A DNA stretch of 61,844 nt, the filler included. It is 5 parts of 5 records of this genome, joined end to end, with 100 filler letters (N's around TTAATTAATTAA, not from the genome) between each part and the next. Parts side by side here need not be neighbours in the genome. Positions count along the whole stretch, not along the records: positions 1 to 11,953 come from SRR20825010_3393; positions 12,054 to 29,474 come from SRR20825010_3394; 3 more parts are not named here. One strand, 5' to 3'. The number at the start of each line of letters is the position of its first letter. The stretch's first letter is position 1. The notes below the pieces were generated by a model that saw nothing but the letters and a program-made list of their open reading frames with translations, was not told the DNA's origin and made no database searches. Below, piece by piece: positions 9,674 to 19,570 of this stretch. Both the position numbers and the translations under genes were made by a program.

Positions 9674-9760
9674 GTCGCCCCCCGAAATCGCTTATCGTCT
9701 TGGCATCAGACTAGCGTCTCTCGGAGGGGCGTTCATGTCATTTCACGCCAAATATGCGGT

Positions 9761-10372
9761 TTACAGGCTGATCGCCCTCTTGAAGGCGGGGCGCGCTTCC
9801 AGCCGTTTCAGATAGGCTTCTGTATTGGGTTTGAACCCGCCGCGCAGGCCCAGTGTTTCGGCCAGATAGAGCGCGTAGCCCACCGCAATATCGGCAATGG
9901 TGAAACGCCCCGCGCAAAGAAATTCGCGCTCCCCCGTGGCCTGTTCCACGCTCTTGAGGCGCGAGAAGAACCATTGCGTATAGTCGTCGGCCACCTGCTT
10001 CACGCGGCGCTCTTCCGGTTCCAGCTGTGTGTAGCGCAACACCAGCGTTTGGGGAAAAGTCAGCGTTGCGTCAGACCGGTGCAGCCAGTTGAGATAGCTG
10101 CCATAGTCTTTGTCCTTCGGCGTCAGGCCCAGATCGCTTGGCCCGTGCACATCCACCAGATACTGGCAGATGCCGGTCGATTCCGTCATCAGCACATCGC
10201 CGTCGGTCATGGCCGGCACAGTGCCCAGCGGGTTGATGTCCAGATAGCCCTCGCGGAAAAAGCGCGGCGGAAATTTCATCGATTCCAGCTCGTAGGGAAT
10301 GCCCATTTCCTCCAGCGTCCACAATGGCCGCACCGAGCGCGCGCCCTTGCAGTGATAGAGCTTGATTGTCAT
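9761..10372 (-). CDS. Glutathione S-transferase
   Basis: RSVRPLWTLEE, INPLGTVP, MTESTGI, FTIADI, RPAFKRA. Confidence 0.92.
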   Translation of the reverse strand: MTIKLYHCKGARSVRPLWTLEEMGIPYELESMKFPPRFFREGYLDINPLGTVPAMTDGDVLMTESTGICQYLVDVHGPSDLGLTPKDKDYGSYLNWLHRSDATLTFPQTLVLRYTQLEPEERRVKQVADDYTQWFFSRLKSVEQATGEREFLCAGRFTIADIAVGYALYLAETLGLRGGFKPNTEAYLKRLEARPAFKRAISL

Positions 10373-10464
10373 GGGGTCGTTCCTTCCGCGTGTCTTGTCG
10401 CTCTGTCATTAAAGTGCCGCCGGCAGGTCTCCCGCCGACGGCACGGATTTATCTTATCACCGGA

Positions 10465-11953
10465 TTAGGCTCCCAGTGCAAAGCCCTGATAATCCGCACC
10501 GGCCACTTCCGCCAGTTTTTCGCCATAGACACCCACACCGCCGGGATAGGGCATGAAAACCTGTGGCTTGCCGGGAATATTCGCGCCCATATACCAGCTA
10601 TTGGCCTGCGGATAGAGCGTCGTATCGGCCACTTCGTTCACATGCGCCACCCATTCGTCTTCCGCGTCGCGTGTCGCCTCAATGGAGCGCAAATTGCCCT
10701 TGTTCAGCCGCGCCAGACAGTCGGTGATCCAGTCCACATGCTGCTCGATCGAGACAATCATATTGGACAGAACCGACGGGCTGCCGGGGCCGGTGATGAA
10801 AAAGAGATTTGGAAATCCGGCGGATCCGAGGCCGAGATAGGTGCGTGGTCCCGCCGCCCATTTGTCTGCCAGTCTCTCGCCCTTGCGGCCTGTAATATCC
10901 ACACCGAGGATCGCGCCCGTCATGGCGTCAAAGCCGGTGGCAAATACGATGGCATCCACCTCGTATTCCTTGTCCCCGCTCACAATGCCCTTGGCGCTTA
11001 TCCGCGTCACAGGATGCTCGCGCGCGTTGACCAGTTCCACATGGTCCTTGTCGAATGTTTCGAGATATTCCGTATCAAGACAAAGGCGCTTTACACCCAC
11101 AGGATGGTCATAAGGCAGCAATTGCTCGGCCACATCTTTGTTCTTCACCCGCGCTTTCATTTCCGAACGCGCGAAATTGGCGGCAATGTCGTTGACAGCC
11201 TTGTCGGCCATAATATCCGCACTTGTGCCCAGAAAGGCAAAGCCGCCCATATGCCAGCGGTCTTCAAGGTCTTTCTGCAACGCGGCGGGGTCCATATCGG
11301 CTGCCATCGCTTCATTATATTCAAAGCAGATAATGCCACCCGCCGTCGTCAGCGCATGTTTTCGGTCTTCCAGCAGCGTCTTTTTGGAGGCCGCCACTTC
11401 TTCCGGCTTCAGCTTGCGATTGCCCGCAGGCAGAGTGAAATTTGCCGTGCGCTGAAACACGGTCACATGGCTTGCCTGCGATGCGATGATCGGAATGGAC
11501 TGCACGCCGGATGAACCTGTGCCGATCACGCCTACGCGCTTGCCGGTAAAGTCCACACCCTCATGCGGCCAGTTGCCCGTGTGATACCAGTCGCCTCTAA
11601 AGTCTTCCAGGCCTTCGAAGTTCGGCACACGTGCCGCCGAGAGGCATCCCGTCGCCATGATGCAGAACCGCGCATGCACGGTCTCGCTGCCGCTTCCATC
11701 CACTTTTTCTGTGGCAATGTCCCAGAGCGCCGAGGCCTCGTCATAGCTGGCAGAGGCCACACGCGTCGAAAATGTGATGTCGCGTTTCAGGTCCAGCTTT
11801 TCGGCTACATAATTTTGATAGCGCAGGATTTCCGGCTGCGCGGAATAGCGTTCCGACCAGTTCCAGCCTTTCTGGATTTCGTCTGAAAACCCGTATTGAT
11901 ATTCGAGGCTTTCCACATCGCATCGCGCGCCGGGATAGCGGTTCCAGTACCAG
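10465..11953 (-). CDS. Type I Baeyer-Villiger monooxygenase, 5' truncated by contig end
   Basis: WYWNRYPGARCD at contig edge, FRGDWYHTGNWP fingerprint, GTGSSG, ATGF, SWYMGANIPGK. Confidence 0.93.
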
Positions 11954-12053
11954 NNNNNNNNNNNNNNNNNNNNNNNNNNNNNNNNNNNNNNNNNNNNTTA
12001 ATTAATTAANNNNNNNNNNNNNNNNNNNNNNNNNNNNNNNNNNNNNNNNNNNN
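11954..12053. other. Artificial contig spacer
   Basis: N44-TTAATTAATTAA-N44, stops in all six frames. Confidence 0.99.
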
Positions 12054-12143
12054 ATCGTAATGCCACTTGATGGCGAAGAACATGCCCGTTGCAAACACGG
12101 CCAGCTTGAAGACAAGGAAAATGATAGGAACCCAATTAAACAT
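12054..12143 (-). CDS. Small single-TM hypothetical protein, 3' truncated
   Basis: MFNWVPIIFLVFKLAVFATGMFFAIKWHYD with a GGAG RBS upstream. Confidence 0.6.
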
Positions 12144-12301
12144 GTTGGGTGTCTCCAGTTCTTTGACGTGACATTGTCTAGGGAGAGGTTTGGCGAAAAA
12201 TGCCACGGGTTCTCTCCATTGGTGCCAATAGATTCTAGGTCAGACCAGCAGCCTTCGACATTGGACATAGTGTCTCAGGAGGTGATCCCGTCGTGGACGG
12301 G

Positions 12302-12727
12302 TCAATCCAGTTTTTTGCGTTCCAACATTTCAAAGATCACCATGCCGCTGAGCATGGCGGTCACGAACACCACGGCCTTGAAGCTGCCGGTGCCCAGGGC
12401 AACCAGTGCTGGGCCCGGGCAGAAGCCGGCCAGCCCCCAACCCACACCAAAGCCCAGAGCACCCAGCACCAAACGCTTGTCCAGCCGGGTGTTGGTGGGT
12501 AGTTGAAAGCGTTCGCTGAACAGTGGCGCGGTGCGGTGACGTGCCAGATAGAAGCCGATGGCTGACACCGGAATGGCACCGCCCATCACCAGAGCCAGGG
12601 AGGGGTCCCAGTGACCGGCAATATCCAGAAAGGCCAGAACCTTGGCCGGGTTGGCCATGCCGGCCAGCAACAGGCCAATGCCAAATAGCAGGCCACTGAG
12701 GAAGGCGGTGAGTGTTGACCGGTTCAC
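12302..12727 (-). CDS. YeeE/YedE-family sulfur transport membrane protein (second subunit)
   Basis: [34 protein letters not shown] start overlaps upstream TGA. Confidence 0.9.
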   Translation of the reverse strand: MNRSTLTAFLSGLLFGIGLLLAGMANPAKVLAFLDIAGHWDPSLALVMGGAIPVSAIGFYLARHRTAPLFSERFQLPTNTRLDKRLVLGALGFGVGWGLAGFCPGPALVALGTGSFKAVVFVTAMLSGMVIFEMLERKKLD

Positions 12728-13164
12728 AGCGGCGCTCCCAGCAAGTGACGAACCACGTACACGGTGGCAAACCCGCTGGCCATGAATGCCAGTGTGGCAA
12801 CCAGTGAGCGCGGGGACAGGCGGGAGACGCCGCAGACCCCGTGGCCGCTGGTGCACCCGGCTCCGTAGCGGGTGCTGATGCCCACCAGCAAACCGGCACC
12901 AATCAGCAGTGGCCAGTCCGCGTCGACGACCAGCGGTGGCAGGTCCACCGCCAGACGCCAGAGTAGCGGAGCCAGCACCAGTCCCAGCACGAATGCCACT
13001 CGCCAATGGCGACCGTCCCCGCCGGGGCTCAGCAAGCCACCAAGAACGCCGCTAATGCCGGCAATGCGCCCGTTAGCGTGCAGGAAAAGCAGGGCAGACA
13101 GGCCAATCAAGGCGCCGCCAGCCAGGGACGTCCAGGGAGTGAAGGCTCCCCAATCGATATTCAT
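12724..13164 (-). CDS. YeeE/YedE-family sulfur transport membrane protein (first subunit)
   Basis: [30 protein letters not shown]. Confidence 0.92.
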   Translation of the reverse strand: MNIDWGAFTPWTSLAGGALIGLSALLFLHANGRIAGISGVLGGLLSPGGDGRHWRVAFVLGLVLAPLLWRLAVDLPPLVVDADWPLLIGAGLLVGISTRYGAGCTSGHGVCGVSRLSPRSLVATLAFMASGFATVYVVRHLLGAPL

Positions 13165-13472
13165 GGCGTGTCGCCGCAGAAGCGTTGGTACAGCACGTTC
13201 AGCACGGCCAGGGCGTCCGGGTTGGCGACCTGATAGAACATCTGTTTGCCCTCCCGGCGGCTACTAACCAGCCCTTCGCGGCGCAGAATGCCCAGCTGTT
13301 GGGAGAGTGAGGGTTGGTAAACCCCGACGAGCGGCTCCAGTTCACTAACGCTGCGCTCGCCTTCCGCGAGGCGGCATAGCAACATCAGACGATCTGGGTG
13401 GGACAGGGCTTTGAGTAACTGGCTGGCCTGGGCGGCATTGTCGCGCAGGGCGTCCGGGTCGATAGTGAGCAT
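13161..13472 (-). CDS. bigR: ArsR/SmtB-family persulfide-sensing repressor (BigR/SqrR-like)
   Basis: [14 protein letters not shown]...[13 protein letters not shown]...LYQRFC; both characteristic Cys present; start inferred at 13472. Confidence 0.8.
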   Translation of the reverse strand: MLTIDPDALRDNAAQASQLLKALSHPDRLMLLCRLAEGERSVSELEPLVGVYQPSLSQQLGILRREGLVSSRREGKQMFYQVANPDALAVLNVLYQRFCGDTP

Positions 13473-13484
13473 GGTGCATGGATC

Positions 13485-13522
13485 CAACAATATATATTTA
13501 AATAAAAAGTATATTTTTGTTG
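13485..13522. promoter_or_regulatory. AT-rich imperfect palindrome, probable BigR-type operator/promoter
   Basis: CAACAATATATATTT...AGTATATTTTTGTTG directly upstream of the ArsR start. Confidence 0.6.
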
Positions 13523-13572
13523 AGACAATCACAAGCACTTTCTTGAATTATGTTCATTTTATGTGATTTGCG

Positions 13573-14247
13573 TCAGCTGATTGGTGCGGTAAACGGCAAT
13601 ACTCCGTAATAGACCGCAAAGAAATGGCAGAGGCTGCCGCCCATGACGAAGAGGTGCCAGATGGCGTGGTTAAAGGGAATAAACCGGTCGGCCAGGTAAA
13701 AGATGACGCCTACGGTGTAGGTAATGCCGCCGGCCAGGATCAGCCAGAAGCCGGTGTCGTTGAGTTTGCTGGTCAGGTCGTTGGAGGCCACCAGAATCAG
13801 CCAGCCCATGGCCAGGTAAATGCCCACCCGCATGAGCTTGAAGCGGTGACCATAGAGCGCTTTCAGGGCGATGCCGGTGAGGGCCAGGGCCCAGATTACG
13901 GCAAACAAAATCCAGCCGGTCTGGCCACGCAGGTTGACCAGTAGAAAGGGGGTGTAGGTGCCCGCGATCAAGCCGTAAATGGCGCAGTGGTCCAGCATTT
14001 TGAATACGGCGCGCCATTTCGGGCTGCGCAGGCTGTGATAGAGCGCACTGGCGCTGTAGAGCAGAATCAGGCTGGCGCCGAAAATGCTGAAACTGACGAT
14101 TTTCCAGGGGTCCCCCAGCAGGCTGGCCGCCACCACCAGGATCACCGTGCCGGCAATACTCAACGCCGCGCCGATGCCATGGGTCAGGCCATTGAGCCAT
14201 TCCTCCAGAATCGAATAGGGCGGTTCAGGATTAGGGGCTACGGCCAT
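13573..14247 (-). CDS. Haemolysin III / PAQR (TrhA, YqfA-like) membrane protein
   Basis: EEWLNGLTHG, SALYH, LDHCAIY..IAGTYTP, HAIWHLFV. Confidence 0.93.
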   Translation of the reverse strand: MAVAPNPEPPYSILEEWLNGLTHGIGAALSIAGTVILVVAASLLGDPWKIVSFSIFGASLILLYSASALYHSLRSPKWRAVFKMLDHCAIYGLIAGTYTPFLLVNLRGQTGWILFAVIWALALTGIALKALYGHRFKLMRVGIYLAMGWLILVASNDLTSKLNDTGFWLILAGGITYTVGVIFYLADRFIPFNHAIWHLFVMGGSLCHFFAVYYGVLPFTAPIS

Positions 14248-14553
14248 TGGCGGATCTGCTTTCGGTTGAGGGAAGAAGTTGCATCATGCCGAGACGCCGG
14301 CCTGAGTGTAAAGCGCCAAATCGGACAGAGGGGCATATTGAATTTCCCTATGTGCGCGATAACGCAAATACCTCGCCAGTCCAGGAACGTCTGTGACGGC
14401 GGCGCGTCTGATTGTAAAGAAACAAAAGTAGGAGGCTGGACGGGCGCTGCCATTGAAATGCCTTTTGCGGACCCAATGGTGTTAGGTAGTCCCGGCAAAC
14501 AGCAGCCTGCTAGGCACTGCGGGCAAGGACAATACTGGAAAAGGAGACACTCC

Positions 14554-15000
14554 ATGATTGAACACAACAAGCAGGTCGCGGAAGAGCTGAGCAAGTTACT
14601 GGCCGAGAGTTACACCCTTTATCTCAAGACCCACAAATACCATTGGAATGTAACCGGCCCCATGTTTCATAGCCTGCACCTGCTGTTCGAACAGCAGTAC
14701 ACCGAGCTGGCGGAGGCGGTGGACACCATTGCCGAGCGAATTCGCGCGCTGGGCTGGAAGGCGCCGGGCAGCTATGCGGAGTTTGCCAAGTTATCCACGG
14801 TGGAGGACGCCACGGGCGATCCGGATGCGTCCGGCATGATCAAGGAGCTGGCCGCGGACCACCGCACGGTGGCCGAGCGTGCCAATCGAGTATTGAAACT
14901 GGCAGGCGAGCATGAAGATGAAGGCTCTGGCGCGGTGGCCAGTGACCGCATCGAGATTCATGAAAAATCCGCCTGGATGTTGTCGGCCCATCTAGGCTGA
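14554..15000 (+). CDS. dps: DNA-binding ferritin-like protein Dps
   Basis: HKYHWNVTGPMFHSLHLLFE, DTIAERIR, HEKSAWML; AAGGAG RBS. Confidence 0.95.
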   Translation: MIEHNKQVAEELSKLLAESYTLYLKTHKYHWNVTGPMFHSLHLLFEQQYTELAEAVDTIAERIRALGWKAPGSYAEFAKLSTVEDATGDPDASGMIKELAADHRTVAERANRVLKLAGEHEDEGSGAVASDRIEIHEKSAWMLSAHLG

Positions 15001-15040
15001 TCGCCCGCTGGGCACACATTCAGTGTTCTACTCGTTACCG

Positions 15041-15065
15041 GGGCCGACGTCAGTCGGCCCTTTTT
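15041..15065 (+). terminator. Intrinsic terminator after dps
   Basis: GGGCCGAC-GTCA-GTCGGCCC followed by TTTTT. Confidence 0.85.
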
Positions 15066-15273
15066 GTGCTGCATCGCTTGTTGGCCCGGGTTTGCTCCCG
15101 AGCCGGTTCCCTGTCTGAGCCTGCCTGGCTCGCCGCTTGGCCCGATAGCGCCTGCGCGCCCATCGTCTGATAAGGTCAAAATCTCGCTGCGGGTGAAAAA
15201 GCTTCACCTGATACGCGCGTACTTGTGCGACAATTGGTACTAACAAGTACCGTTTTAGATCGGGGAGAGCACG

Positions 15274-16338
15274 ATGCAACGTTTTTGGGTAACCCTGGGC
15301 CTGGCGCTGGCCCTGTGGGGCTGCAGTGATGAGCCACAGCAGGATGCTCCCATGCCGCAACCGGTAAAGCTGCAAGTCGTTAACGGCGGCGATGGCGCTT
15401 TACGTCACTACCCGGGCAAGGTGGTGGCTACCGAAGGGTCCGAGTTGGCGTTCCGGGTGTCCGGTCAGCTGGAGCGTTTCCCGGTGCGGGCAGGCGAGCA
15501 GGTGAAGAAAGGGCAGTTGCTGGCAGCGCTGGACCCATCGGATTTCAGCAACCAGCTGGCCGATCGGCAAGCCCAGTACGATCTGGCCGAAAGCCAGTAT
15601 CAGCGTGGCATCAGCCTGCGTGATCGGGGCGTTATCTCTGAAGCTCAGTTCGATGAAATTGAAGCCAAGCGTCGGCAGGCCCAGGCAGCCCTGAGCCTGG
15701 CTCGGGACAATGTGAAATACACGCGTTTGAAAGCCCCCTACGGCGGTACGGTGGCCCGTACCGAAGTCGAAAATTACCAATTCGTGCAGGCCAAGCAGCC
15801 CATTCTTTACCTGCAGGGCGACAAGAATATCGATATCGAGTTTGCCGTCTCCGAGCGTTTCTTTGCGAACCTGAAAAAGGATGGTGAGGATTATCAGCCG
15901 GAGCTGAGTTTTGAAGGTGCCCCGGACAAGGTGTTCAAGGCCAGCTACAAGGAGCATGAGGCCAGCGCTGACGATCGTACCCAGACCTACATCATTACCC
16001 TGACCATGCCCAACCCGGAAGGCATTCTGGTGCTGCCGGGAATGAGCGTGGATGTGGCTATTGATCTGAGCAAGATCATGCGTAAAGCCACCACCTGGCC
16101 CCAGGTGCCAGTGGAGGCAGTGTTCAATCCGGATGGCAAGGACAGTGCCCATGTTTGGCGGTTCAACCCGGAAGACAGCACGGTGTCGGCGGTGCCGGTC
16201 ACCCTCGGGCAGGTGACTGGCAATGGTGTTGAAATCACCTCTGGGCTGGAAACCGGTGACAAGGTAGTCAGCGCCGGTGTACACCACCTCGAGGAAGGCC
16301 AGGAGGTTCGTGAACTGGTAAAAGAGCGGGGCCTGTAA
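15274..16338 (+). CDS. RND efflux periplasmic adaptor (lipoprotein)
   Basis: Lipobox LWGC; LAFRVSG, LKAPYGG, GLETGDKVV. Confidence 0.92.
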   Translation: MQRFWVTLGLALALWGCSDEPQQDAPMPQPVKLQVVNGGDGALRHYPGKVVATEGSELAFRVSGQLERFPVRAGEQVKKGQLLAALDPSDFSNQLADRQAQYDLAESQYQRGISLRDRGVISEAQFDEIEAKRRQAQAALSLARDNVKYTRLKAPYGGTVARTEVENYQFVQAKQPILYLQGDKNIDIEFAVSERFFANLKKDGEDYQPELSFEGAPDKVFKASYKEHEASADDRTQTYIITLTMPNPEGILVLPGMSVDVAIDLSKIMRKATTWPQVPVEAVFNPDGKDSAHVWRFNPEDSTVSAVPVTLGQVTGNGVEITSGLETGDKVVSAGVHHLEEGQEVRELVKERGL

Positions 16339-16341
16339 TCA

Positions 16342-19300
16342 ATGAATATCGCTGAGTACAGCATCCGCCACAAAGTGGTGAGCTGGTTGTTCACCGTGAT
16401 CCTGCTGGTCGGCGGGGTGATCAGTTTTACCCGCCTCGGGCAGCTGGAAGATCCGGAATTCACCCTCAAGATCGCCATGGTCATTACCAATTATGGCGGT
16501 GCTTCACCCCGGCAGGTGGAAGAAGAGGTGACCTTGCCGGTTGAGAAGGCCATTCAGACTTTGCCTTACGTGAAAAACGTCACGTCTATCTCCAGCAACG
16601 GGCTGTCCCAGATCCAGGTGGAGATCAAACCCAAATACAAGGCGCACGAGTTAAAACAGATCTGGGATGAGCTGCGTAACAAGATGACCGACCTGCAATC
16701 GCAGCTGCCGCCAGGGGCGGGCACGATTCAGGTGATTGATGACTTTGGTGATGTTTACGGCATCCTCATGGCTATTACCGGTGAGGGTTACAGCTATCAG
16801 GAGCTGCAGGATTACGCTGACTACCTGACCCGTGACCTGGTGTTGGTGGACGGGGTTGGCAAGGTGACGATTGGTGGCCAGCGCGAGGAGCAGGTGCTGG
16901 TGGAAATTTCCCGTGCCCGCCTGGCCTCGCTGGGGATCAGTCCGGACCGCATCTTTGGCTTGCTGCAAACCCAGAATACCGTGAACCCGGCGGGCAAGGT
17001 CCGGGTGGGAAATGAGTACATTCGCATTTACCCCACCGGGGAGTTCCCCTCTGTTCAGGCCATGGGCAACCTGCTGATTTCCGAGCCCGGTGCGAATGAA
17101 CTGGTTTACCTGCGTGATGTGGCGTCCATTGAGCGGGGGTATGCCGAAGTTCCCAACCATCTTTATCGATTCAATGGTGGCCCGGCCCTGACCCTGGGTA
17201 TTTCCTTTGCCTCCGGCATCAATGTGGTGGATGTGGGAGCGCGTGTGGATCAGCGCCTCAAGGAGCTGCAATACCAGCGCCCGGTGGGTATGGATCTGGC
17301 CACAATCTATAATCAGCCCCAGGAAGTGGATAAGTCGGTTAGTGCCTTCATGCTCAATCTGGGTGAAGCGGTGGCCATTGTGATTGCCGTGCTGCTGGTA
17401 TTCATGGGCTTGCGGTCCGGGGTGCTGATGGGCGGCGTATTGCTGCTGACTATCCTGGGTACCTTCATTCTCATGAAGATGATGGCCATCGACCTGCAGC
17501 GGATTTCCCTGGGTGCGCTGATCATCGCGCTGGGGATGCTGGTGGATAACGCCATCGTGGTCACCGAAGGTATTTTGGTAGGCATGAAGCGTGGCCTGTC
17601 CAAATTGCAGGCGGCCAGTCTGGTGGTGAAACAGACGATCTGGCCGCTGCTGGGGGCCACGGTGATTGCCATCATGGCCTTTGCCCCTATCGGCTTGTCG
17701 GATGATTCCACCGGGGAATACACCAACAGCCTGTTCTGGGTGCTGTTGATCTCCCTGATGCTCAGCTGGATTACCGCGATCACCCTGGTGCCCTTCTTTG
17801 CCGAGCAGTTCTTCAGTGACAAGGATGTGGGTGGCGAAGGCGGTGAAGGGGAAGATCCCTACAAGGGGCGGGTGTTTGTGCTCTATCGCCGCCTGCTGGA
17901 CCGCGCTATCCATCACCGGGTGTTAACCCTGTCAGGCATGTTTGTGCTGTTGGTGGTGGCGGTGGTGGGCTTTGGCTTCGTCAAACAGGCCTTTTTCCCT
18001 CCTTCCAATACGCCTATGTATCTGGTGGATTACTGGTTGCCCCAAGGCAGTGATATCCGCGCCACCCGTGAGTCGGTGAGTGAGCTGGAAGCGTCGCTGC
18101 TGGAGATGGACAGTGTGACCCAGGTGACCAGCACCATTGGTCAGGGGGCTGCGCGCTTCATGCTGCCTTATGCGCCAGAGAAGAGTTATCCCAGCTATGC
18201 TCAGCTGATTGTTCAGGTGAAGGACCGGGAGAGTATTAATCCGGCCCTGGCGGCAACCCGTGACCTGATTCGTGAGGAACACCTGCAAGCCTTCGCCAAA
18301 GTGAAGCGCTTGATGATCGGGCCGAGCCCGGCGGCGTCCATTGAGGCGCGCTTCAGTGGACCGGACCCGAAGATATTGCGCGATCTGGGGCTCAAGGCCC
18401 AGGCCATCATGGCTGATGACGGAGCGCTGGAGAGCATTCGCCACGATTGGCGCCAGCAGGAAAAGGTGATCCGGCCGCAGTTTCTTGAAGCCCAGGCCCG
18501 CCGTGCCGGGATTAGCCGCGAGGATCTGGATAATACCCTGGCGCTCAACTTCAGTGGCCGTACCGTGGGGTTGTACCGCGACGGCAGTAAGTTGCTGCCC
18601 ATCGTGGCGCGGCCACCGGATGATGAGCGGCTCAGCGCCAATAACCTGAATGATGTGCAGGTGTGGTCGCCGGTGTATTCCACCTATATCCCCATCAGCC
18701 AGGTGGTCGGTGATTTTGACACCGAGTGGGAAGACGCCTTGATCATGCGCCGCGACCGCAAGCGCACGCTTACTGTGCAGGCAGAGCCGGATGTACTGGG
18801 TGAGGAAACCGCCGATCATGTTTTGCGGCGGATCCGCCCGGAGATTGAGGCGCTTGAGCTGCCACCGGGTTATTCCCTCACCTGGGGCGGTGAGTACGAG
18901 GCCTCCCGGGATGCTCAGGAAGCCGTATTTGGCAGCCTGCCCATGGGCTACCTGTTCATGTTCATCATCACCATGTTGCTATTCGATTCCTTGCGTCAGC
19001 CGTTGGTGATCTGGGCCACGGTGCCGCTGGCCATCATCGGGGTGACCATGGGGCTGCTGTTACTGAATGCGCCGTTTGGTTTCATGGCGCTGCTGGGCTT
19101 CCTCAGCCTGTCCGGCATGCTGGTAAAAAATGGCATTGTGCTGGTGGAACAGATCAAGCTGGAAATGGAAAGCCGGGAGCCATTCGACGCGGTGGTGCTG
19201 GCATCCATTTCACGGGTGAGGCCGGTATGTATGGCAGCGATTACCACCATCCTTGGCATGGTGCCGCTGCTATTCGATGCGTTCTTCGAATCCATGGCGG

Positions 19301-19410
19301 TAGTGATTATGTTTGGCCTGGGCTTTGCCACCGTGCTGACCTTGATCGTGATTCCGGTGCTCTACACCCTCGTCTATGGCATCAAGCCCGGTAAGGACCA
19401 GCATGTCTGA
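16342..19410 (+). CDS. RND efflux permease (AcrB/D/F family)
   Basis: 1022 aa; LGQLEDPEF, DDFGDVYG, ALGMLVDNAIVV, RVRPVCM. Confidence 0.95.
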   Translation: MNIAEYSIRHKVVSWLFTVILLVGGVISFTRLGQLEDPEFTLKIAMVITNYGGASPRQVEEEVTLPVEKAIQTLPYVKNVTSISSNGLSQIQVEIKPKYKAHELKQIWDELRNKMTDLQSQLPPGAGTIQVIDDFGDVYGILMAITGEGYSYQELQDYADYLTRDLVLVDGVGKVTIGGQREEQVLVEISRARLASLGISPDRIFGLLQTQNTVNPAGKVRVGNEYIRIYPTGEFPSVQAMGNLLISEPGANELVYLRDVASIERGYAEVPNHLYRFNGGPALTLGISFASGINVVDVGARVDQRLKELQYQRPVGMDLATIYNQPQEVDKSVSAFMLNLGEAVAIVIAVLLVFMGLRSGVLMGGVLLLTILGTFILMKMMAIDLQRISLGALIIALGMLVDNAIVVTEGILVGMKRGLSKLQAASLVVKQTIWPLLGATVIAIMAFAPIGLSDDSTGEYTNSLFWVLLISLMLSWITAITLVPFFAEQFFSDKDVGGEGGEGEDPYKGRVFVLYRRLLDRAIHHRVLTLSGMFVLLVVAVVGFGFVKQAFFPPSNTPMYLVDYWLPQGSDIRATRESVSELEASLLEMDSVTQVTSTIGQGAARFMLPYAPEKSYPSYAQLIVQVKDRESINPALAATRDLIREEHLQAFAKVKRLMIGPSPAASIEARFSGPDPKILRDLGLKAQAIMADDGALESIRHDWRQQEKVIRPQFLEAQARRAGISREDLDNTLALNFSGRTVGLYRDGSKLLPIVARPPDDERLSANNLNDVQVWSPVYSTYIPISQVVGDFDTEWEDALIMRRDRKRTLTVQAEPDVLGEETADHVLRRIRPEIEALELPPGYSLTWGGEYEASRDAQEAVFGSLPMGYLFMFIITMLLFDSLRQPLVIWATVPLAIIGVTMGLLLLNAPFGFMALLGFLSLSGMLVKNGIVLVEQIKLEMESREPFDAVVLASISRVRPVCMAAITTILGMVPLLFDAFFESMAVVIMFGLGFATVLTLIVIPVLYTLVYGIKPGKDQHV

Positions 19411-19413
19411 ATA

Positions 19414-19482
19414 GCGTGGCATGCCTCACGCAGCACGTCCCCTCGTGGCGTGCTGCATGGGGCGTGATGCGTGTTGCGTCTC
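19414..19482. repeat. Heptamer-periodic inverted repeat (intergenic hairpin)
   Basis: ATGCCTC-ACGCAGC-ACGTCCC opposite GCGTGCT-GCATGGG-GCGTGAT-GCGTGTT; 18-bp stem 19420-19437 / 19449-19466. Confidence 0.7.
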
Positions 19483-19570
19483 CGGAGGTGCCAGCCTCCC
19501 TCCTCTCTGCCACAATGTGCGCGCCTGACATTATTGACCATCCCACAATTGATGATCCCAAGGAGTGCCG

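Noticed and set aside
9701-9717. Sigma54-like GG-N10-GC upstream of the heavy-chain gene
   Set aside because: On the plus strand, opposite to the gene, and a weak match
11998-12009. TTAATTAATTAA repeated four times in the window
   Set aside because: Synthetic linker inside N runs, not a biological repeat or att site
12182-12217. Glycine-riboswitch-like GGAGAG...CTCTC
   Set aside because: Lacks the CCGAAG and CTCTCAGG core; kept only as a generic structured-leader candidate
13987-14553. Long N-terminal extension of Dps in the ORF track (similar over-extensions for mauD, yeeE, pirin, gshB, rhaM)
   Set aside because: Upstream alternative starts overlap neighbouring genes; internal starts with RBS match family lengths
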